From positions 310,992,001-311,056,000 of the forward strand of contig OZ024740.1 of NCBI GenBank assembly GCA_964016885.1: DNA of 64,000 nt. Reading direction: 5' to 3'. Numbering within the stretch: position 1 is the first letter of the stretch; the number at the start of each line of letters is the position of its first letter. The DNA is from Eledone cirrhosa. Lineage: Eukaryota. This document shows positions 56,196 through 64,000 of the stretch, piece after piece. The notes under the pieces are model-generated. The model did not search any database and was not told the origin of the DNA. It worked only from the letters and a program-made list of their open reading frames with translations. The translations under genes and the position numbers were made by a program.

Positions 56196-57162
56196 AAATG
56201 AGTCCCTCATCAGTGATTTGCCGAAGATCATAGATATTTCATTGCATTAAAAATCATATACCTCACGTCGGTGCAATAATAACCAAAATAAGTTATTAGG
56301 ACAATTAAAACGCGTAAAGCGAGTGAGACAGGAGAACAACAAAGAGTATGGCTAACCAGGGGAAAGAAACAAGCTTCAAAAATGATTCTGTTTAGCATAA
56401 GCTAGGTGAATATATGAGCGCTTTTAGAACAGACCCGACACGAGCGAAGGCTATGAGCGGAGAGAGAAAAATAGCCTTCGTGGTGTACAGGATGAAATGA
56501 AGAGAAGAGAGAGAAACAGTGAGTGAGTGAAAGTGTGAGGAAGAGTTAACTGACATGACAGAGGGGGAGAAACAGAGAGAATGGGGGAACAGTAAGAGAG
56601 AGAGAAAAAACACAGAATCGCAGTGGTAAATATATGTAATAAAATATAGAGAAAAATACTATATTTTATTACATATATTTACCACTGCAATTCTGTGTTT
56701 TTTTCTCTCTCTCTTACTGTTCCCCCATTCTCTCTGTTTCTCCCCCTCTGTCATGTCAGTTAACTCTTCCTCACACTTTCACTCACTCACTGTTTCTCTC
56801 TCTTCTCTTCATTTCATCCTGTACACCACGAAGGCTATTTTTCTCTCTCCGCTCATAGCCTTCGCTCGTGTCGGGTCTGTTCTAAAAGCGCTCATATATT
56901 CACCTAGCTTATGCTAAACAGAATAATTTTTGAAGCTTGTTTCTTTCCCCTGGTTAGCCTTACTCTGTTGTTCTCCTGTCTCACTCGCTTTACGCGTTTT
57001 AATTGTCCTAATAACTTATTTTGGTTATTATTGCACCGACGTGAGGTATATGATTTTTAATGCAATGAAATATCTATGATCTTCGGCAAATCACTGATGA
57101 GGGACTCATTTTATTACATGTTATCCATGTGCTACCTGCAGTATTTTTCTCTATATTTTATT
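56191..57162. mobile_element. About 925 bp palindrome of a pLTR-like unit in (TA)n
   Basis: Arms 56191-56649 / 56659-57116, 9 nt spacer; right arm continues 46 bp and ends by repeating its own start. Confidence 0.85.
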
Positions 57163-57225
57163 ATATATATATATATATATATAATGATATTAAATAAATG
57201 GAAACTATATTTATAAAACCATATT

Positions 57226-57286
57226 TATTCTATTATATATATTTCAAGGGTACCAAAACTTTGGTACGCTATCATCAGATAAAATA
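57226..57286 (-). ncRNA. Minimal type I hammerhead
   Basis: Reverse complement of 57398-57458 with a few substitutions. Confidence 0.7.
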
Positions 57287-57397
57287 CAAAGTTTGTTTTA
57301 TAAATATTGACATATCCAGGATCTTAACGGTTCAAGTTTTTCCTGGACCGTTAAGATCTTCTTCCTGTATATGTCAATATTTATAAAACAAACTTTG

Positions 57398-57458
57398 TAT
57401 TTTATCTGATGAGAGCGTACCAAAGTGTTGGTACCCTTGAAATATATATAATAGAATA
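57398..57458 (+). ncRNA. Minimal type I hammerhead
   Basis: tattttat CTGATGA gagcgtaccaa-agtg-ttggtaccctt GAAA TATATA TA atagaata. Confidence 0.85.
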
Positions 57459-57594
57459 AATATGGTTTTAAAAATATAGTTTCCATTTATTTAATATCAT
57501 TGAATATAATACTCCAGAAAACCTGTCTAGTGCTTCGAATCAGTTGTAAACATTTATATTTGTTGAATTACCAACAAATTAAAAATCCCTTATG

Positions 57595-57645
<51 letters not shown>

Positions 57646-57868
57646 CTAGGGTGGGTAAAATTCCCGAGATCCATGGACGAGTTCTCTCCAGCGGTCTCTG
57701 TCCCTCATTATCGCTACCATGTCCTGCGTCTCCAACAGACCAATGTCTGTCCTTAGGGCATCAACATACGTTAACCTTGGTCTTCCTCTTCCAGTGTGTC
57801 CATGTAGGGGCTCCCACAGGAGCACTGAGTGCAATGTCAACTCTGGATGTCGGGGAGCATGTCCAGCT
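57646..57868 (-). mobile_element. RTE-like LINE 3' end
   Basis: LLWEPLHGHTGRGRPRLTYVDAL...DRDRW; same family as 60318-60770. Confidence 0.85.
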
Positions 57869-57882
57869 ATATATATATATAT

Positions 57883-57961
<79 letters not shown>

Positions 57962-58822
57962 TCCCCCTTCTGTCAATACGATTAAGCATTATAGCCTAAA
58001 GGTGCCACAAATGAGCTATAATTTTATACTGCTTTGATATCATTTCAATATCTTGCCATTTTGTTATATTCTTTCCTATAACCAAATATAACTGTAACTA
58101 CTAAAACACCCACGATTTAAGCATGTTGTTTGAGATATACCAACGCCATAAATTCCAAAATATGTTGTTCAAAATTTCGATGTTGATGACAATAGATTTT
58201 ATTTTCCATCTGCTTTTTTAAACAGAATATCAGCAATTATTGTGTCACCAACCTTGTCAAGGTTGCTAGGGTATACTGCCAGGTCATTCGTTTTTCCTTT
58301 AAGTTTCCATGAATATCCACGCGTAGTCATGACTCTTTGGCATGCTTCCGTCAAATTATCCAGACCTGTCAACTCTCCCCGTCGGACGGAGATATCTCCT
58401 ACCCACTTTGGTGGGGGGGGGGAGTCTTCTCGTCAAAATGGATATAGCTTTCATTATGTAAAATCTCCTCATTTTCCCTCATTTCTCCCCGTTTTGGGGC
58501 ACTTTTTTTCATGGTACACCCCGTTTAGGTTTTTAGACGTTGGCAGATCAAGATTATCTAAATCATTTTATTATCGTGATAGCTAATTAGTTTGTCCAAT
58601 TGAACAACTTCAGCAGCCTCTTTTATTAATCTTTACATAAATTCCCACTTCGCATCACTTCTAAAACATAATGGGAACACTGAACACTGGATATTGAACA
58701 TTATTTTTGCATAAGAGAGGATGTAGTGGCAGTTGGGCATGTGTTATGGTTTTTAGTAACGATCTGTAAAACTAATTGTTTCTCAGGTTCATCTTTTCTG
58801 AGAATATTATTGTAATCCTGAA

Positions 58823-59008
58823 AGGGCGGTGAATTGGCAGTATCGGTAGAGGGTTGGACGCTATGCTTTCTAGCATAGTTACAGCCCTTTATAGTCTGAG
58901 TTCAAATCCCGCCGAGGTTAACTTTGCCTTTCATCCTTACGGTATCGATAAAATAAAGTACCAGTAATGTACTGGGTAATTGCTGGCCTTGTGCCTAAAG
59001 TAGAAACA
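58823..59008 (+). mobile_element. Full-length tRNA-derived SINE with 17 bp TSD
   Basis: attattgtaatcctgaa at 58806-58822 and 59009-59025; B-box gagttcaaatccc. Confidence 0.9.
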
Positions 59009-59329
59009 ATTATTGTAATCCTGAATGAGTTTTACACTTCTTTCTGCAACATCATTCACAACAACTCTCTTCTCAAGTTTTTCAAGTCCACTTTCGGAAT
59101 CAGGATCATCCTTTCATGTTGAAGAGTCTTTGTCGGGGAAATCGGTGCTGATAAAAAATCTCGTGAAGAAAGTGTTTGTACCAGGAGTTACAAAAGATGA
59201 AAACTCGATGTTTGTAAAGGAAGAAAAGTCATTTTGGTGCAAAATGTACCTCTTCAGTTGATTTTTTTCTTCTTCCTCTTCTTCACCTTTGTCAACTTCC
59301 AGCATTACTTCAGCAATATTTGACTTAAC

Positions 59330-59570
59330 TTCTCCTTGCTCGCCTTTTCTCATTGCTCTCTTTGCTCTCCTTGCTCTCCTTTCCCCTTCCTCACCTTGCT
59401 CTCCTTTTCCCATTGCTCTCTTTTTCTCATTGCTCTCCTTTTCTTATTGCTCTCCTTGCTCTCCTTTTATCCTTGTTCTCCTTGCTCTCCTTTTACCCTT
59501 GCTTTCCTTTTCTCCTTGCTCTCCCTTTATCCTTGCTCTCCTTTGCTCCTTGCTCTCCCTTTCTCCTTGT
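59330..59570. repeat. Pyrimidine-rich minisatellite (ccttgctctcctttt-like)
   Basis: Direct reading. Confidence 0.85.
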
Positions 59571-59623
59571 ATCCGAAAAAAGGGAAGCAAGAAGAAATAT
59601 CAAAGCAAGGATAGTAAGGAGAG

Positions 59624-59666
<43 letters not shown>

Positions 59667-60081
59667 CATTATGAAGAAAGAAGAAACATTAGACATAAAT
59701 AATAAATAAATACCTATTATTTCTCGCATTCTCGACTGTACAGTTTCGTGGCTACTTTGCAAAAATCCTATATCATAGAGATGTAGTATTATTGTGAGGT
59801 TTGCCAGCTTATCAAGAGAATACCTCATATAAAGTTTCAAAACAGGTCTGCATCGCGCGAGAGAGAATCCCGGGAAGGCGGAGGGTAATTTATCACGTGA
59901 TACAGCGGACAAGAAACAGAGCTAAGTCCCTTATAGCCATGAGAAATGCCACAAATAGCGGAGGGGCATTAATACCTAGGCTACAGACGAGGTGGCAAGG
60001 GGGGCTAAAAGTGTAAATAGTATTAGCTTGAAAGCAGTCACTATACTTCTGTGGTTACTCTATCGTGAGGGAGTTATAGAC

Positions 60082-60259
60082 AATAATTGTTTCTACTTTT
60101 TGGCACAAGGCCAGCAATTACCCAGTGCATTACTGGTACTTTATTTTATCGACCCCGTAAGGATGAAGGCAAAGTTAACCTTGGCGGGATTTAAACTCAG
60201 AATGGGAAGGGCCGTAACTCTATACGTCAAAGCATGGCGTCCGACCCTCTACCGATACT
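60082..60259 (-). mobile_element. tRNA-derived SINE
   Basis: Same family as 58823-59008. Confidence 0.85.
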
Positions 60260-60317
60260 AATGAGAAATAGACAGATACAAGTGAATACATACATATACA
60301 TGCATATTCACACATAT

Positions 60318-60770
60318 CTAGGGCGGGTAAAATTCCCGAGATCCATGGACGAGTTCTCTCCAGCGGTCTCTGTCCCTCATTATTGCTGCCATGTCCTGCG
60401 TCTCCAACAGACCAGTGTCTGTCCTTAGGGATTCAACATACATTAACATTGGTCTTCCTCTTCCAGTGTGTCCATGTAGGGGCTCCCACAGGAGCACTGA
60501 GTGCAATGTCAACTGTGGATGTCGGTGAGCATGTCCAGCTAACCTCAGTCTCCTCTGTGTCACTTTTGAGCTGACTTTTGGGAGGCTTCCATACAGCTCT
60601 GAGTTTTTCATCCTCAGTGTATACTGATTAATGTTCAGAGCCATCCTCAGCATTCTCGTGTAGCATCTATCCACCATCTGAGTGAGTTTCTTGGTCAGTG
60701 TCCAAGTCTCAGACCCGTACAGCAGCACAGACTCCACTACATCAATGAAGAGGCGGATTTTCAGGTCTTT
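60318..60770 (-). mobile_element. RTE-like LINE 3' fragment
   Basis: ESVLLYGSETWTL...RRLRLAGH...LLWEP. Confidence 0.9.
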
Positions 60771-60778
60771 ACAATAAT

Positions 60779-60963
60779 TGTTTCTACTTTTGGCACAAGG
60801 CCAGCAATTACCCAGTACATTACTGGTACTTTATTTTATCGACCCCGTAAGGATAAAAGGCAAAGTTAACCTCGGCGAGATTTGAACACAGACCGTAAAG
60901 GGACATAACTATGCTGGAAAGCATGGCGTCCGACTCTCTACTGATACTGCCAATCCACCGCCC
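60779..60963 (-). mobile_element. tRNA-derived SINE with 18 bp TSD
   Basis: tcaggtctttacaataat at 60761-60778 and 60964-60981. Confidence 0.9.
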
Positions 60964-60972
60964 TCAGGTCTT

Positions 60973-61344
60973 TACAATAATGAGAGATACACAGATACAT
61001 GTGAATACATACATATACATGTATATTAACACATATATCTTTCACAAGTATGTGAGATTGTGTGTTGCCAACCTTAACCATTGTTGCTCTATGATTAAGA
61101 GGGACAAAATAATCGGAATGAATTAAATTGACTCTATATCAGAGTTATATAATACATTATAAAGAAGAAACATTAGACATAAATAAATAAATACCTATTA
61201 TTCCGATTATTTTGTCCCTCTTAATCATAGAGCAACAACGGTTAAGGTTGGCAACACACAATCTCACATACTTGTGAAATATATGTGTGTATATGCATGT
61301 ATATGTATGTATTAACATGTATCTGTGTATTTCTCATTATTGTA
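60973..61344. repeat. Inverted repeat, about 145 bp arms, about 80 bp spacer
   Basis: 60973-61119 versus 61200-61344; spacer resembles 59666-59720. Confidence 0.85.
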
Positions 61345-61482
61345 TATATATATATGTAGGAGGTGAGTTTTATTGTAGTACAATAAAGCAATGCAGATAT
61401 CGGATAAGAAGCACTCTACAGTTTGTAGGACTGGAGTATACATAATATATAAGATCAAAAGATGGTTAAAGGAGTTCCATGT

Positions 61483-61551
61483 ATTTTATTATGCGCATTT
61501 CAAAAACAAACATCATCATGCAATAATATTTGTGTTTTCATCAGATAAAAC
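61483..61551 (-). ncRNA. Type I hammerhead
   Basis: Reverse complement of 62207-62275. Confidence 0.8.
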
Positions 61552-62206
61552 AGGAGAACATGATATGAAGGCTAAAAAACACTTGTGGATAGTGCAGTTT
61601 TAAATCAACATATGAAAAGTAGTTTTAGATTGATGTGTGATATTGGGAAAAATATTTTATTTAGAGAGGGGGGGTGGAAAGGATGAAAAAGGGGAGGAGA
61701 TGAGAGTGAAGGTGGAGAGGGAGAGATGGGTGATAGAGAGAAAGAGATAGTTTTTATAACTGAGAGAAGATATATTGTTTTACATAGAGAGGTTGAAAAC
61801 CGTTGGAAGATAATGTATAAATTAAAAGAATTTGAAAATTAACGAAGGGAAAAATATGTACGAGGAAAAAATATGAGTATATATTTTTTCCTCGTACATA
61901 TTTTTCCCTTCGTTAATTTTCAAATTCTTTTAATTTATACATTATCTTCCAACGGTTTTCAACCTCTCTATGTAAAACAATATATCTTCTCTCAGTTATA
62001 AAAACTATCTCTTTCTCTCTATCACCCATCTCTCCCTCTCCACCTTCACTCTCATCTCCTCCCCTTTTTCATCCTTTCCACCCCCCCCCCTCTCTAAATA
62101 AAATATTTTTCCCAATATCACACATCAATCTAAAACTACTTTTCATATGTTGATTTAAAACTGCACTATCCACAAGTGTTTTTTAGCCTTCATATCATGT
62201 TCTCCT

Positions 62207-62275
62207 GTTTTATCTGATGAAAACACAAATATTATTGCATGATGATGTTTGTTTTTGAAATGCGCATAATAAAAT
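62207..62275 (+). ncRNA. Type I hammerhead
   Basis: gttttat CTGATGA aaacacaaatattatt...gatgatgtttgttttt GAAA TGCGCA TA ataaaat. Confidence 0.85.
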
Positions 62276-62313
62276 ACATGGAACTCCTTTAACCATCTTT
62301 TGATCTTATATAT

Positions 62314-62382
<69 letters not shown>

Positions 62383-62477
62383 CCAAAGATTAATATGGTT
62401 CATTGATTACTCAATGAATATATTTTTACAATAGATTAAAAGCAATCTACAGAGAGGTTTCTGGGTTTATTAAATAC

Positions 62478-62548
62478 ATGTATTTTATCTGACGAGGACG
62501 TACTGAAAAACAACACAGTACCTTCGAAATATATTTATAATAAAACAT
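62478..62548 (+). ncRNA. Type I hammerhead, relative of 53448-53510
   Basis: ttttat CTGACGA ggacgtactg...cagtaccttc GAAA tatattta TA ataaaa. Confidence 0.7.
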
Positions 62549-62589
62549 ATATTTTGATTATGTGAATGTCTTCATTTATTAATATTCTG

Positions 62590-62627
<38 letters not shown>

Positions 62628-62639
62628 ATATATGTATAT

Positions 62640-63028
62640 TAGGGTGGCCCTTATCAATAGGTAATTTTCCGAAAGTTAAAATTTTACTGCTCCCACAGCG
62701 AAAAATAGGTGCTTGCTCTATACCTGCGCTCTGTCCCCAGCTTTGCAAGTTGCCTTCCCCGTTATATTTATTGTCACTTATCCTAATACCAAGAACAAGT
62801 CTGAACAAACTTTTAATTTAAGAGTAAATTATATAAGAGATAAATATTTTTATCTGAAAAAATGACTCTCCGGGCGAAAAATTCAAAATTTCACGGTCGA
62901 TGAGGGTCGGCTTCCAGTTGTCCGCTTGAGGTAAAGTTTTGCATAGATTGTTTTTTGTTACTTGGGAAAAGATGGAGGGGGGGGGTGAGAGCTAAACTTT
63001 TAGAAAGTTGAAAAGTAAGGGCCACCTA
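62640..63028. mobile_element. Putative MITE
   Basis: Imperfect TIRs tagggtggccctta / taagggccaccta. Confidence 0.5.
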
Positions 63029-63039
63029 GTGTGTATGTA

Positions 63040-63370
63040 TGTTCGAAAGCATGTTTTGCGGTTGGGGTATTTGGCTCATAATCGTAAGGTTGTGGGTTCG
63101 GTTACCGGCGGCGCGCTGTGTCCTTCAGCAAGACACTGTACTTCCGTTGCTCCAGTCCATACAGATGGCAAAAATAAGTCGTGACTGTAATTCGAAGGGC
63201 CAGCCATGAAACATTCTCTGGCACCGTGAATCTCCCTGAGAACTATGTTAAAGGAAAGGTGTGCATGTTTGTGGAATGATCAGCCACTTGCACGTTAAGT
63301 TCAAGAACAAGCTGTTCTGTTGATTGTATCAACAGGAATACTCATCGTCGTAACCGCCGGAGTGCCACTA
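63040..63370 (+). mobile_element. tRNA-derived CORE-like SINE
   Basis: aaggttgtgggttcg B-box; tgtgtccttcagcaagacact core-like motif. Confidence 0.65.
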
Positions 63371-63585
63371 GAACATTATATGCATATGCACAAACACACA
63401 TACATAGATGTCATACATTTAAGTTTTACATTTTCACTACAGTTTTATAATGGCTAAAATACTCATAATATGTATAAACGTTTTGTTTATGGTGTTACTT
63501 CTTTTTATTGTTCAAACAGTTCATAGCATATTATGGTACGGCAAAGGAAATACAAAATAACAATGGGTGTAACTAACATATGATG

Positions 63586-63702
<117 letters not shown>

Positions 63703-63717
63703 GTATATATATATATG

Positions 63718-64000
63718 ACCGGTGGTTGATCTTCCCTCACTGAAGCCGTTCTGGTTGTCCCTGAGCTTCTTCTCCATCTCGGGGTAGATCCTGTTGAGGG
63801 TCTTTGCCACAAGTGACGTCAGTGAGATCCTCCTGTGAGATCCCCTTGTTGGTGTTAGAGAGATCTCCCTTCTTTAGCACTGGGACGATGTTACTCATCT
63901 TCCACTGATTCGGGGAAACTCCTTTCTTCAGTGCCTGGTTACAGAGCTCCAGGATGATATCATCAAATTCACACCTCTTCATCACCTCTGATGCCGCTCC
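63718..64000 (-). mobile_element. RTE-like RT fragment, cut by (TA)n and the window edge
   Basis: QWKMSNIVPVLKKGDLS; LRDNQNGFSEGRSTTGH. Confidence 0.8.

Larger units (their letters stand above)
57183..57597. mobile_element. Palindromic HHR-bearing pLTR pair in (TA)n
   Basis: Inverted arms within 57183-57501; right arm about 96 bp longer. Confidence 0.85.
61357..62321. mobile_element. About 885 bp palindromic HHR-bearing pLTR pair in (TA)n
   Basis: Arms 61437-61874 / 61881-62321, 6 nt spacer; left arm about 80 bp longer. Confidence 0.9.

Noticed and set aside
58000-59330. Coding-looking stretch on the - strand (possible decayed transposase)
   Set aside because: Multiple stops and no motif I can identify with confidence

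Overview
AT-rich, microsatellite-laden animal genomic DNA, most likely an octopod cephalopod (inferred from the tRNA-derived SINE families and (TA)n/(CA)n load). It contains no recognisable intact host gene; at most one or two candidate exons. Most of the window is decayed retroelements: three Tx1/L1-clade LINE copies, a CRE-type RLE LINE with an N-terminal PHD finger, RTE and CR1 fragments, and SINEs. There is also a non-autonomous Helitron and two MITEs. Nearly all short ORFs in the track are microsatellite translations. The striking feature is a dense population of (TA)n-embedded, Penelope-like (PLE) pseudo-LTR elements. I could fold about 20 hammerhead ribozyme (HHR) motifs by eye, from about 9 sequence-distinct families. 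Most sit in divergent inverted pairs (antisense copy left, sense copy right), giving long palindromes. One is a tandem array of 516-519 bp units with one HHR per unit (retrozyme-like, potentially producing circular RNA). Several HHRs are atypical: about 80-115 nt stem II insertions, an extended stem III, or a recurrent CAGAAGA core. All folds are manual and no activity has been shown.
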